This document shows positions 48,625 to 58,415 of a stretch of DNA of 64,000 nt, in pieces. The translations under genes and the position numbers were made by a program. Within the stretch, counting starts at the first letter, position 1. Every line of letters begins with the position of its first letter. The notes under the pieces were generated by a model. The model ran no database searches, had not been told where the DNA came from, and was given only the letters and a program-made list of their open reading frames with translations. Source of the stretch: Terriglobia bacterium (GTDB taxonomy: Bacteria; Acidobacteriota; Terriglobia; JAJPHL01; JAPKYU01); NCBI GenBank assembly GCA_965223005.1, contig CBDCVK010000005.1, forward strand, positions 1-64,000, given 5' to 3'.

Positions 48625-48641
48625 GAAGCGTGCAGGGGCCG

Positions 48642-49172
48642 ATGGACGAGGAGAAAGAGCCGGAATTTCAGGTCACTGACCGGCGTAGGCTGACGTCGGA
48701 AGGAGACCCGCGCGAAGGGGCCCAGTATACTCCTCGTCCGGAGCCTACGCCTCCACTGCCGCTCTCGCGCCCGGCGGCGCAGCCAGCCGGGCCCACACCC
48801 TCAGCACCCACACTCTTAGAACCAGTACCTTCTGCACCGGCACCCTCGGCCCCAGCACCTTCAGTCGAAGCCGAGCAGGCTGCACAGAAATACGCAGCCG
48901 TCGGAACTGGCATTGGTCCCTCCTTTGACAAGATTGTGGTCTTCTTCACTCAGACGGCCATGCTGCAACTGGGCCTGCTGACCACCGACCCGAGCCAGCC
49001 GCTCGAGCCGGACCTGTTCGGGGCCCGCGACACGATTGACATGCTGGCCCTGCTCGCGGATAAGACCCGTGGCAACTTGACGCCAGGCGAGCAGCGCCTG
49101 TTGGATAGCAGCATCTACGAGCTGCGCATGGCCTGGATGGAACTCAACCGTAAGTACTCGAAAGCGCCGTGA
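48642..49172 (+). CDS. DUF1844-like protein
   Basis: 'F.VTDRR', Pro-rich linker, 'A..QLG......DL..AR.TID.L..L..KT.GNL...E..LL.....ELRM'. Confidence 0.85.
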   Translation: MDEEKEPEFQVTDRRRLTSEGDPREGAQYTPRPEPTPPLPLSRPAAQPAGPTPSAPTLLEPVPSAPAPSAPAPSVEAEQAAQKYAAVGTGIGPSFDKIVVFFTQTAMLQLGLLTTDPSQPLEPDLFGARDTIDMLALLADKTRGNLTPGEQRLLDSSIYELRMAWMELNRKYSKAP

Positions 49173-49939
49173 CCGGGCTACTGACAGTGCTAGGCTCGGG
49201 AACCTCACTGGGGGTGCCCACCATTGGCTGCCGCTGCCGCGTCTGCCTTTCCCAGGATCCGCGGGACAAACGCACCCGTCCGTCGCTCCTGGTGCAATAC
49301 GGGGGGCGCAACGTGGTCATTGACACCACCCCCGACTTCCGCTGCCAGGCCCTGCGCGCCGGTCTGTCGCGGCTGGATGCCGTGCTGTTCACGCATCCCC
49401 ACGCGGACCACATCTTGGGGCTGGACGACGTCCGACCCTTCAACTTCCACCAGAAGAGTGCGGTCCCCATTTACGGCAGCCGCAAAACGATTGAGTCCAT
49501 CCGCCGGACTTTCCACTACATCTTTGGCGGCAACGCGCCCTTTGGGGGAGTGCCGGAGGTGGCGGCCCACGTGCTGGACGGACCGTTGGAGCTGTTCGGC
49601 GCGAGCTTCATCCCCGTCCCGTTGCTGCACGGGTTCATGGAGGTGCTGGGCTTTCGTTTTGGCAGCGCCGCCTACCTGACCGACTACGGCCAGATTCCGG
49701 AGGGCTCCTACGGGCTGCTGGAAAACCTGGACGTGGTTTTTCTGGACGCGCTGCGCCACGCTCCGCACCCCACGCACTGCACCGTCGAGCAGGCGCTGGA
49801 GCACGTCGCCCGCCTCGCGCCGCGGCGCGCTTTCCTCACCCACATCGCCCACGACCTCGCTCACCAGGAAACCAACGCCAGCCTGCCGGAGCACGTCCAG
49901 CTCTGCTACGACGGCCTGCAGGTGGAGGTCGATCTGTGA
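49169..49939 (+). CDS. MBL-fold metallohydrolase (PhnP-like)
   Basis: 'LGSGTS.GVP.IGC.C.VC', 'THPHADHILG', 'YLTD', 'THIAH'. Confidence 0.92.
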   Translation: MTGLLTVLGSGTSLGVPTIGCRCRVCLSQDPRDKRTRPSLLVQYGGRNVVIDTTPDFRCQALRAGLSRLDAVLFTHPHADHILGLDDVRPFNFHQKSAVPIYGSRKTIESIRRTFHYIFGGNAPFGGVPEVAAHVLDGPLELFGASFIPVPLLHGFMEVLGFRFGSAAYLTDYGQIPEGSYGLLENLDVVFLDALRHAPHPTHCTVEQALEHVARLAPRRAFLTHIAHDLAHQETNASLPEHVQLCYDGLQVEVDL

Positions 49940-50886
49940 GGGTGTGGCGCAGCCTGTCGGAGTTTCCCAGGGGACTGCCCTACCCCATTTTCACCATCGG
50001 CAACTTCGACGGAGTTCATCTGGGCCACCGGCGCATCCTGGAAATCGTCTGCCGTCGAGCCACCGAGGCCGGCGGCACGCCGCTTCTGCTCACCTTTGAT
50101 CCGCACCCGACCCGGATTGTGGCTCCCGAGCGCGTGCCTCACCTGGTCACCCCGCTGCCCATGAAGCTCGCCCTGCTGGAGCAAGCGGGCCTGGCCGGCG
50201 TGCTGGTGCTGCCCTTCACTCGGGAGCTGTCGCAACTGACCCCGGAACAGTTTGCGCGCCAAATTCTGACGGAGCGTCTGGCCACGCGGGAAATCATTGT
50301 CGGCGGAAATTTCCGCTTTGGGCACCGGCAGGCCGGTGACGTGCACGCGCTGGTGGACCTGGGCCGGCGGTCCGAATTTGCGGTGAAGATGGTACCGGCC
50401 GTGCGTCTGCGTGGCCAGGCGGTCAGCAGTACGCGCCTCCGCCAGCTCATTGCGGAAGGGCAACTGGGTTTGGCCAACCGCCTTCTGGGACGTTGCTTCT
50501 CGGTTCAAGGCCGGATCGTGCCGGGGCGCGGCATTGGGCGAACGGAGGTCGTCCCCACGCTGAACCTGGAGCCCTATGCCCATCTGCTGCCGGCCTGCGG
50601 CATCTACGTCACCGAAACCATCTGCGACGGGCAGCGCGCCACTTCGGTGACCAACGTCGGCTACAGCCCCACCTTCGACGTAAACCAATTGCGCGTGGAA
50701 TGCTTTCTTCTGGAAGCGCCACCGCCGCCCGGAGCCAGCCAGATGGAAGTGGTGTTCTGGCACCGGCTCCGCGATGAGCTGAAGTTCTCCTCCGCCGAAG
50801 AGCTCAAGGCCCAGATCGCCCGGGACATCGAAGCCGCACGCGCCTTTTTCCGCCGCCTACGCAAACCCCAAACCGCCCCCCGGTGA
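49936..50886 (+). CDS. ribF: Bifunctional riboflavin kinase / FAD synthetase
   Basis: 'IGNFDGVHLGH', 'TFDPHP', 'NFRFG', 'SST', 'G.GIG....PTLN', 'NVG.SPTF', 'LRDE.KF'. Confidence 0.96.
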   Translation: MRVWRSLSEFPRGLPYPIFTIGNFDGVHLGHRRILEIVCRRATEAGGTPLLLTFDPHPTRIVAPERVPHLVTPLPMKLALLEQAGLAGVLVLPFTRELSQLTPEQFARQILTERLATREIIVGGNFRFGHRQAGDVHALVDLGRRSEFAVKMVPAVRLRGQAVSSTRLRQLIAEGQLGLANRLLGRCFSVQGRIVPGRGIGRTEVVPTLNLEPYAHLLPACGIYVTETICDGQRATSVTNVGYSPTFDVNQLRVECFLLEAPPPPGASQMEVVFWHRLRDELKFSSAEELKAQIARDIEAARAFFRRLRKPQTAPR

Positions 50887-51041
50887 ACTTCGAAGGATGG
50901 CCCTTTCGGCTCGCTTGCAGTCCGGTTGAGGAAGCCGTGTTTTCTGCCTGCCACAATGCATGGCCTGCCAACCGCGAACTGAGGCGAGCAGTTCCGGAAC
51001 TCCCAACGCTGGTTCGCCAGCGCCGCTTCGCCGACCTGGTT

Positions 51042-51087
51042 GATTCACAGGTGAATCCACGTTAATCGAGGTGGCACGCCGCCTGCT
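51042..51087 (+). promoter_or_regulatory. Sigma54-like promoter with upstream palindrome
   Basis: TGGCAC-GCCGC-CTGCT (51072-51087); GATTCAC-AG-GTGAATC (51042-51057). Confidence 0.5.
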
Positions 51088-51175
51088 GCTGTTACGACGC
51101 AGCGTGGTAGCATCACTCATCGATCTTGCTTGTAGTCGATTCTGCTTTGGCCGATTCTGCATGTGAGGAGCGTGC

Positions 51176-52648
51176 GTGAGGCTGGGCTATGTGGATTTGG
51201 CGGTGATCGTTGTCTATCTGCTTGGCATCACCGCCTTTGGCGCTCACTTCCGCAAGTCCCAGCACTCTCTGAAAGACTACTTTCTGGGTGGTCGCACTGT
51301 CCCCTGGTGGGCGATTGCGCTCTCCATCGTTTCGGCTGAAACCAGCATCCTGACCATCATCGGCACGCCGGGCATTGCCTACTACGGAAACCTGGGCTTC
51401 CTCCAGGTGGTGTTTGGCTACCTGCTGGCGCGGGTGGTCATCAGCACGCTGCTGCTGCCGCACTACTTTAAGGGTGAGCTGTTCACGGCTTACCAGCTGA
51501 TCGAGCGGCGCTTCGGCTCGCGGCTGAAGCGTGTCACCGCTGCGGCGTTCCTGGTAATCCGAAGCCTGGCCGAGGGAGTGCGCGTGTTTGCCATCGCCAT
51601 CCTGGTGGGCGTGGTGCTCGGCACGGGGGAGCTGGCCTCGGTGGTGCTTATCACTGCGCTAACGATTTTTTACACTTTCGAAGGTGGCCTGACCGCTGTG
51701 ATTTGGACCGAAGTCATCCAGATGTGCATCTACATCGCCGGCGCACTGCTCAGCTTTTGGATGCTGCTCCAGTTGGTGCCCGGCGGCTGGAGCGAGGTCG
51801 TGGCGCTAGCTAACGAGCATGGAGATAAGCTGTCGGTCTTTGATTTTACCTTCTCCGTTACCAAGACCTACACCTTCTGGGCAGGCATCCTGGGCGGAAT
51901 GTTTCTAACCACGGCCAGCCACGGCACCGATCAGTTAATGGTGCAGCGGCTGCTGGCCGCTCGCGACGAGCGGCAGAGCCGCCGGGCCTTGTTCGCCAGC
52001 TGGGTGGTCATCTTCTTCCAGTTCGCCCTGTTCCTGGTGATCGGGGTCATGTTGTTCGCCTACTACCAACATTTTCCGCCGGCGCAGCCGTTCCCGCGCC
52101 CCGACGCCATCTTCCCCATCTTCATCGCGGAACATTTCCCGCCGGTGCTAGCCGGCCTGGTGGTGGCCGCCATCCTGGCGGCCGCCATGGCCAACCTGAG
52201 CGCCGCGCTGAATGCGCTGGCCTCCACCTCGGTGGTGGACTTCTACCGGGCACACCTGGCACCCGGCCGCAGCGAGGCGCACTACCTGAGAGCCTCGCGG
52301 GCAGCCACGCTGCTGTGGGGCGTCATCCTGATTGGGATTGCCATGGCCGCCGCCCAGTGGCGCACCTCGGTATTCGAAATGGGACTGAGCATTGCGTCGG
52401 TTGCCTTCGGCTCTCTGCTGGGCACTTTCATGCTAGGTGTGCTGACGCGGCGCGCGAACGAGAACGGCTCCATCATAGGCATGGTCGCCGGGCTGGCGGT
52501 GATGATCTACGTGTGGCAGTGGACCCCAATCGCCTGGACCTGGTACGTGCTGATCGGAACCACCGTCACCTTTTCCGTGGGCTACCTTGCCAGCTTGCCT
52601 TGGACTCCCGCCCTGGTAAGCCCCTCAGCAGACACCGATGCTGCCTAA
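51176..52648 (+). CDS. Sodium:solute symporter (SSS family)
   Basis: 'DYFLGGR.VPWW', 'SAETS', 'GG..AVIWT', 'G.DQLMVQR.L', 'AAAM..LS..LN.LA'; many TM helices. Confidence 0.93.
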   Translation: MRLGYVDLAVIVVYLLGITAFGAHFRKSQHSLKDYFLGGRTVPWWAIALSIVSAETSILTIIGTPGIAYYGNLGFLQVVFGYLLARVVISTLLLPHYFKGELFTAYQLIERRFGSRLKRVTAAAFLVIRSLAEGVRVFAIAILVGVVLGTGELASVVLITALTIFYTFEGGLTAVIWTEVIQMCIYIAGALLSFWMLLQLVPGGWSEVVALANEHGDKLSVFDFTFSVTKTYTFWAGILGGMFLTTASHGTDQLMVQRLLAARDERQSRRALFASWVVIFFQFALFLVIGVMLFAYYQHFPPAQPFPRPDAIFPIFIAEHFPPVLAGLVVAAILAAAMANLSAALNALASTSVVDFYRAHLAPGRSEAHYLRASRAATLLWGVILIGIAMAAAQWRTSVFEMGLSIASVAFGSLLGTFMLGVLTRRANENGSIIGMVAGLAVMIYVWQWTPIAWTWYVLIGTTVTFSVGYLASLPWTPALVSPSADTDAA

Positions 52649-54005
52649 GTCCAACAGCGAGCTAGTACGCGGCCTGGGCATCTGGGCTGCCGCTTCGTTG
52701 GTCGTAGGCAACATCGTTGGCAGCGGCATCTTCCTGGTTTCCAGCTCGATGATGCGCGGCGTAGGAACGCCGGAAGCGGTCTTCCTAGTGTGGATCTTTG
52801 GCGGCCTGCTCTCGCTCAGCGGGGCGCTGGCCTACGCTGAGCTGGGGGCGATGCTGCCGCACTCGGGCGGTGACTACGTCTACCTGCGGGAGGCCTACGG
52901 CCGGCTGTGGGGCTTCCTCTACGGCTGGACGAAGTTTTTGGTGATGACAACGGCGGCGATGGCGACGCTGGCGACAGCTTTCGCCTTGTACTTGACAATT
53001 CTCTTCCCTTCCCTTCATTTAAAAGTAGTTGCAATTGTAGTCATTGCCGTGCTCGGGGCCGTCAACTACTTCGGCGTCCGCACCGGTGGCGCTGTACAAA
53101 CCGTCTTTACCCTCCTGAAGGTGGCCTTGCTGCTGGCCCTGGTGCTGGCCGCGTTGGTCTTCGGGGCCGAGTGGGGAGACGCCCAATGGAGTCACCTGCG
53201 GACCTCGATACCCGTTCAGGCGCCGGTCGCCGGTTTCGTGCTGGCTCTGGTGGCCGCGCTGTGGGCCTACCAGGGGTGGAATGACCTGAACCTGGCCGGG
53301 GGCGAAGTGGCCGACCCACAAAAGAACATTCCCCGCTCGCTGCTGCTGGGAACTGTGGCCGTGGGACTGCTCTATCTTCTGACCAACCTAGCCTACTTCT
53401 ATGTCCTACCCGCGGCCGAGGTGGCCGCCTCGGAGCGGGTGGCCGGCGATGTGGCGCGGCGCTTGTTCGGCGGGTGGGGTGGTGACGCCGTTGCCTTGGC
53501 GGCCTTGATTTCCATCTTTGGCGCCCTCAACGGCTCGATCCTCTCGGGCGCGCGCGTGCCCTACGCTATGGCGCGCGATGGGTTGATGTTCGGCCAGTTG
53601 GCAGCCGTGCACCCGCGCTTCTACAGTCCTCACGTCGCCGTGGTCGTCCAAACCATTATAGGAGCGTTGATCAGCCTGACTGGAACCTTCCAACAGTTGT
53701 TCACCTACGCGATTTTTGCCAATTGGTGCTTCTACGGACTGGGTGTCGGCTCGCTCTTTGTACTGCGGCGCAAGCATCCGGAGTGGCCGCGGCCCTACCG
53801 CGCCTGGGGTTACCCGGTGCTCCCGGCGCTGTTTGTGGTTGTCAGCGCAGCCCTGGTGGTGATGATCCTGCGCGAGCAGGAGTGGTGGCGCTCGCTGGTG
53901 GGCCTGGGGATGATCGGCCTGGGCGTCCCCGCTTACTTCTTTTTCCGCAGCCGGGCCTTGGGGAGGAATGAAGCTAGAATTGCAGATGAATATGAAGCTC
54001 AGTGA
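52638..54005 (+). CDS. APC-family amino acid permease
   Basis: 'VG.IVGSGIF', 'YAELG...P.SGG.Y.YL', 'AY.GW', 'AR..YAMARDG', 'RPYR.WGYP'. Confidence 0.93.
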   Translation: MLPKSNSELVRGLGIWAAASLVVGNIVGSGIFLVSSSMMRGVGTPEAVFLVWIFGGLLSLSGALAYAELGAMLPHSGGDYVYLREAYGRLWGFLYGWTKFLVMTTAAMATLATAFALYLTILFPSLHLKVVAIVVIAVLGAVNYFGVRTGGAVQTVFTLLKVALLLALVLAALVFGAEWGDAQWSHLRTSIPVQAPVAGFVLALVAALWAYQGWNDLNLAGGEVADPQKNIPRSLLLGTVAVGLLYLLTNLAYFYVLPAAEVAASERVAGDVARRLFGGWGGDAVALAALISIFGALNGSILSGARVPYAMARDGLMFGQLAAVHPRFYSPHVAVVVQTIIGALISLTGTFQQLFTYAIFANWCFYGLGVGSLFVLRRKHPEWPRPYRAWGYPVLPALFVVVSAALVVMILREQEWWRSLVGLGMIGLGVPAYFFFRSRALGRNEARIADEYEAQ

Positions 54006-55098
54006 AGCTATCGGCGTTGCCCGCCTGGCCGGCCGAGCGGTGCTGGCGGCCGTGGTGGCCTGTCTGGCGCTCAACCCGGCCACCGGGCAATGTGGGGACA
54101 GGGCTGCTGGACTGTCCCGAAGTGCGGTGCGCGGAGCGGCAGTGGACGGAAGGAAGGCGCTCCCCAGCCCAGGCGCCGGCAAAGAAGTTGTCTTGTTTGC
54201 GCTGAACGAGGAAGTCGGGCTGGCATCGCTTCGGCTGTACGGCGACCGTGCGACCTCGGTTTCCCCGCAGTGGTTCGCCGCTCATGCCAACGGCAGCCTT
54301 TCCGGCGAACCCTGGACGCCGCTGCTGGACCATTGCCGTCAGTCGCGGATTCCTCTGACGCCTCTGGTCATAAACCGCGACTTCTCGCCGGAAGTGGCGG
54401 CCCAGCTGCTGCGCTCACGCCAGGCGCGAGCGCGGCTGGTCCGCGAACTGCTGGAGCGGGCGCGCCGCTATCACTTCCAAGGATACGTGATAGACTTTGA
54501 GAGTCTGCGGGCCGACGCAGCTCAGCGGCAGCAGTTTTCCGAGTTCCTTGCTGAGATGCGCGCAGCTCATTCCCGAGCTGGGCTATCCCTGGGAGTAGCG
54601 TTGCCAGTTCCTTCGCCACGTCACCGGAAGACCTTTGACTACCGCGCGGCCGGACGCTTGGCTGATCGCGTCGTGCTGATGGCTTATGACCAGCATAGCC
54701 GCCTTGGCGCTCCGGGACCGATCGCCGGCTACCACTGGGTGGAGGAGGCGGTACGTGAAACCGTGGCTCTGGTTCCGCAGCGCAAGTTACTCTTGGGACT
54801 CGCCTTCTATCACCGCAAGTGGGGCGAGGCTGAAGGCAGCTCCGGAAGCTACTATGAAGCGCTAGCTCTGCAACGGGAGCATGGAGCCGACTGGCGCTGG
54901 GACCCGACGCACCGCGCGCACTGGTTCGGCTTCATGTGCCAGGGCCAGCGACACACGGTCTGGCTAGAAGACGGTTGGAGCATCGCTGAAAAGTTAGCTC
55001 TGGCCTGGCGCAATCAACTGGCCGGCGTGGCCGGCTGGCGTTTGGGGCAGGAAGACCCGGCCATCCGGGTCTTGTTGCGCCAGTTCCAAAGCAATTGA
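53968..55098 (+). CDS. Glycoside hydrolase family 18 protein (start uncertain)
   Basis: 'SPQWF', 'GYVIDFE', 'LMAYD', 'KLLLG..FY', 'W.ED..S', 'GV..WRLGQE'. Confidence 0.85.
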   Translation: MKLELQMNMKLSEAIGVARLAGRAVLAAVVACLALNPATGQCGDRAAGLSRSAVRGAAVDGRKALPSPGAGKEVVLFALNEEVGLASLRLYGDRATSVSPQWFAAHANGSLSGEPWTPLLDHCRQSRIPLTPLVINRDFSPEVAAQLLRSRQARARLVRELLERARRYHFQGYVIDFESLRADAAQRQQFSEFLAEMRAAHSRAGLSLGVALPVPSPRHRKTFDYRAAGRLADRVVLMAYDQHSRLGAPGPIAGYHWVEEAVRETVALVPQRKLLLGLAFYHRKWGEAEGSSGSYYEALALQREHGADWRWDPTHRAHWFGFMCQGQRHTVWLEDGWSIAEKLALAWRNQLAGVAGWRLGQEDPAIRVLLRQFQSN

Positions 55099-55598
55099 TG
55101 AAGCTCGTGCGTACCGGTTGGCTGGCCCTCATCTTGGTCATGTTGGCAGGCGTGGTGGCCGCTTTTTTGTGGGGCCGTCGCCCAGCCGCGCCCGAGCAGC
55201 CGGTCACCTTTGACCACAGCCTGCATCTCGAGCAAAACCTGAAGTGCACAGATTGCCATCGGCTCGTCGAACATTCCGAGAAGGCAGGCCTACCCACAGC
55301 CAACCTGTGTATGACCTGTCACCAGGTGATCAAGAGCGACAGCCCCGAGGTACAAAAGATTGCGCAATTCCAGCAGACGCGGCAGTTTATTCCCTGGGTG
55401 CGCCTCTACGAAGTGCCTGAGTTCGTTTATTTCAACCACTCGCGTCATGTGAAGGCAGAGATCGAATGCGCTGAGTGCCACGGCAACACCGGCACTACAG
55501 TGGTCTCAGCCCCCGAAAAAGAATTCACTATGGCCACCTGCATGGATTGCCACCGGGTTCGAGGGGCGTCCAATGACTGCCTGACGTGCCACAAGTAG
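55098..55598 (+). CDS. Membrane-anchored pentaheme cytochrome c (ActA/QrcA-like)
   Basis: N-terminal TM; 'QPV.F.H..H'; five CxxCH motifs. Confidence 0.92.
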   Translation: MKLVRTGWLALILVMLAGVVAAFLWGRRPAAPEQPVTFDHSLHLEQNLKCTDCHRLVEHSEKAGLPTANLCMTCHQVIKSDSPEVQKIAQFQQTRQFIPWVRLYEVPEFVYFNHSRHVKAEIECAECHGNTGTTVVSAPEKEFTMATCMDCHRVRGASNDCLTCHK

Positions 55599-55661
55599 CT
55601 CCGCGGATCAAAGTCGTGAGTGACTCCGAACCTTCGACCTCGGACTTTAGGATTTCGACTC

Positions 55662-57698
55662 ATGGATAGACGCGACTTCATCAAGATTTCCAGTGTGCTG
55701 ACCGCCGGCAGCACGATGCTGACCAGTTGCGGCAAGGGCATGCGTCAGACCATGCCTGTGCTGGTCCCAGAGGACCAACTGGTTCTGGGTGAAGAGAAGT
55801 GGGTGAAAAGCGTATGCGGCGGCTGCGGTGCCGCCTGCGGGATGGAAGTCCGCCTGGTAGACGGGCGCGCCGTGAAGCTGGAAGGGTTAGCCGATCACCC
55901 CATCAACGCCGGCCGTTTGTGCGCGCGCGGGCAGGCTGAACTCCAGGCGCTATATAACCCTGACCGCATCCAGGCTCCCCGCCGCGGCGGGCAGGAAGCG
56001 GCGTGGGAAGAGGCGCTGGAGGCCGTCGCCGAAACGTTGCGTGAGGCCCTCGCGGAACCCCAGCGCATTGTGCTGGTGACGCGCCGGCTGAACGGGCTGC
56101 GCGGCCAACTGCTAGGAGAGTTTCTCAGGGCGCTGGGCGGGGCCAGCCATCTCATCGCCGAACCGCTGGATGACGCCGCGATCCTGGAAGCAAACCGCCT
56201 CACTTGCGGCCACGCTTCGCATGCCGCCCCGGATTTCGGCAACGCCAACTATGTGCTGTCGTTCAGCGCCCCGTTGGTCGAGGCCGGACCTTCGCCGGTT
56301 CGCACGCAGCGTCTGCTGGCTCACATGCGGCAGGGACGGGCGGGCCGTCGCGGCAAGTTGGTTCAGGCGGATGCACGTTTTTCGCTGACAGCCGCCTACG
56401 CTGACGAATGGTTGCCCTTGAAGCCGGGAACCGAAGGAGCGCTGGCGCTGGCCATCGCCCACGTGCTGCTGCGCGACTCGCTACTGGACCAGCAGTTTCT
56501 GTCCCGCAACGCGCAGGGCCTGGACCGTTTCCGGCAGATCGTGGCGGCCTACCCGCCGGAGGCAGTGGCGGCTACTACTGGCCTGGACGCCAAACGTATT
56601 GAGCGCGTGGCGCGCGAATTCGCCGCGCACCGGCCGGCGGTGGCGGTCGCGGGCGGCAGTGCCGCGGGCCACTCCAATTCCCTCCCCGCACTGGTGGCCA
56701 TTAATGCCCTCAACGCGCTGGTAGGCAGCTACGGAGTGCCCGGCGGGCTCTGGTTTGCCCCAGGAAAGCCGGTACCGCCAGCGCGAAGTCTCTCCAGTAG
56801 CCTCGGGCAGGCGCTGCTCAGCTCGGCGCGCGTGGTCCTGGTCTACGGCGCGAATCCGGTCTACGAATTCCCCACTCTTCCCTGGGACAAGGTTCCCTTT
56901 CTCATCAGCCTGTCCGCATTCCCCGACGAAACTGCCGAGCGGGCACACGTGGTTTTGCCTGACCACACCGCGCTGGAGCGCTGGGACTCGCGCTCGGCGG
57001 GCGGCGGCCCGATCGGTGCGGTCCGATCGGTGGCGCGGCCGGCGCTGACACCGCTTTACCAGACACAAGACGCCGCCGACTCTCTGCTGGCCCTGGCGGC
57101 GCGGGTGGCTAAACCGCTTCCTTACGAGAACTGGGAAAGCGCCATCGCCGCGTCGTTCACCTCCGAAGACGAACTCTCGGACGCTCTGGAGCGTGGCGGC
57201 GCATGGACCGAGGAGCCGGTGCCTTTCGCCTTTGCCACTTCGTCGAAAAAGTACCAGTTTGTACCCAGCCTGGAATCGGGTGAGTTGGGCCCCGCCTTTG
57301 AGCCCCCGCACTGGACGGGCGAAGCGAGCGGGCTGGCGCTGCTAGTCTACGCCGGAGTGAATCTGGGAACGGGCGAAGGGGCCAACCTGCCATGGCTCCA
57401 GGAATTGCCCGACCCTTTAGCGCAAGCAGTGTGGACCACGGCCGCAGAACTGAATCCCAACACGGCTGTACAGCTCGGCGTTGCCCATGGCGAGAGGATC
57501 TGGCTGGAGTCGCCGCAGGGAAAAATCGAGGTGCGTGCGGCGATCTCGCCTGCCGTTCCGCCCGATTCGGTGGTCGTCGCCACCGGCCAGGGGCACACTG
57601 CCTACGGACGTTATGCGCGCCACCGCGGCGCCAACGTGTGCGCGTTGCTGGATCCGGCGGCGTGGGCTGCAACTCGTGTGAAAGTCAGCAAAGTTTAG
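55662..57698 (+). CDS. Molybdopterin oxidoreductase-family subunit (QrcB/ActB1-like) with Tat signal
   Basis: 'DRRDFIK', lipobox-like 'LTSC', 'C.GC.AAC...G.LCARGQ', 'Y.PDRI', 'N.PWLQE.PDP'. Confidence 0.88.
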   Translation: MDRRDFIKISSVLTAGSTMLTSCGKGMRQTMPVLVPEDQLVLGEEKWVKSVCGGCGAACGMEVRLVDGRAVKLEGLADHPINAGRLCARGQAELQALYNPDRIQAPRRGGQEAAWEEALEAVAETLREALAEPQRIVLVTRRLNGLRGQLLGEFLRALGGASHLIAEPLDDAAILEANRLTCGHASHAAPDFGNANYVLSFSAPLVEAGPSPVRTQRLLAHMRQGRAGRRGKLVQADARFSLTAAYADEWLPLKPGTEGALALAIAHVLLRDSLLDQQFLSRNAQGLDRFRQIVAAYPPEAVAATTGLDAKRIERVAREFAAHRPAVAVAGGSAAGHSNSLPALVAINALNALVGSYGVPGGLWFAPGKPVPPARSLSSSLGQALLSSARVVLVYGANPVYEFPTLPWDKVPFLISLSAFPDETAERAHVVLPDHTALERWDSRSAGGGPIGAVRSVARPALTPLYQTQDAADSLLALAARVAKPLPYENWESAIAASFTSEDELSDALERGGAWTEEPVPFAFATSSKKYQFVPSLESGELGPAFEPPHWTGEASGLALLVYAGVNLGTGEGANLPWLQELPDPLAQAVWTTAAELNPNTAVQLGVAHGERIWLESPQGKIEVRAAISPAVPPDSVVVATGQGHTAYGRYARHRGANVCALLDPAAWAATRVKVSKV

Positions 57699-57707
57699 GG
57701 GGTATAG

Positions 57708-58415
57708 ATGCGCTGGGGAATGGTCATTGATCTGGATCGCTGCACCGGCTGCGAGGCCTGCGTGGTGGCTTGCCGAGCCGAAAACAACGTGCCGGTTGTG
57801 GGCGAGGAAGAATGCGAAAAGGGGCGGATGCTGTCCTGGATTCGCATCGAGCGCTACTACGAGGGGGAGTTCCCCGACGTCCGGGCCCGCTTCATGCCGG
57901 TGCTGTGCCAGCACTGTGGCCAGGCGCCTTGCGAGCCGGTTTGCCCGGTCTACGCCACCTATCACAACGAGCAGGGTCTGAACGTGCAGGTGTACAACCG
58001 CTGTATCGGAACGCGCTTTTGCGCCAACGCCTGCCCCTACACGGTGCGCTACTTCAACTGGTTCGACTACTCGACGGATCCGCCGCTCGACCTGCAGCAC
58101 AACCCGGACGTCTCCCGGCGGAGCCGCGGCATGATGGAGAAGTGCACCTTTTGCTCCCATCGTATCCAGCGCGCTCAAATGAACGCCAAGAACGAGGAGC
58201 GCCCGTTGCGCGACGGCGAGGTAACGCCGGCCTGCGTGCAGGCCTGTCCGGCCGAAGCGATGTACTTCGGCGACCTGGACGATTCCGAAAGCCGTGTCTC
58301 GCAGACGGCCCACTCAGGCCGCAACTTCAAGCTGATGGAGGATTTGGGGACCGAGCCGGCGGTCATTTACCTGAAACGTGATGACTGGAAGGGCACGCCT
58401 GATGCAGCAGAGTAA
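57708..58415 (+). CDS. 4Fe-4S dicluster protein (QrcC/ActB2/NrfC-like)
   Basis: 'CTGCEAC..AC', 'CQHC..APC..VCP', 'CIGTRFC..ACPY', 'KCTFC', 'PAC..ACP'. Confidence 0.93.
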   Translation: MRWGMVIDLDRCTGCEACVVACRAENNVPVVGEEECEKGRMLSWIRIERYYEGEFPDVRARFMPVLCQHCGQAPCEPVCPVYATYHNEQGLNVQVYNRCIGTRFCANACPYTVRYFNWFDYSTDPPLDLQHNPDVSRRSRGMMEKCTFCSHRIQRAQMNAKNEERPLRDGEVTPACVQACPAEAMYFGDLDDSESRVSQTAHSGRNFKLMEDLGTEPAVIYLKRDDWKGTPDAAE

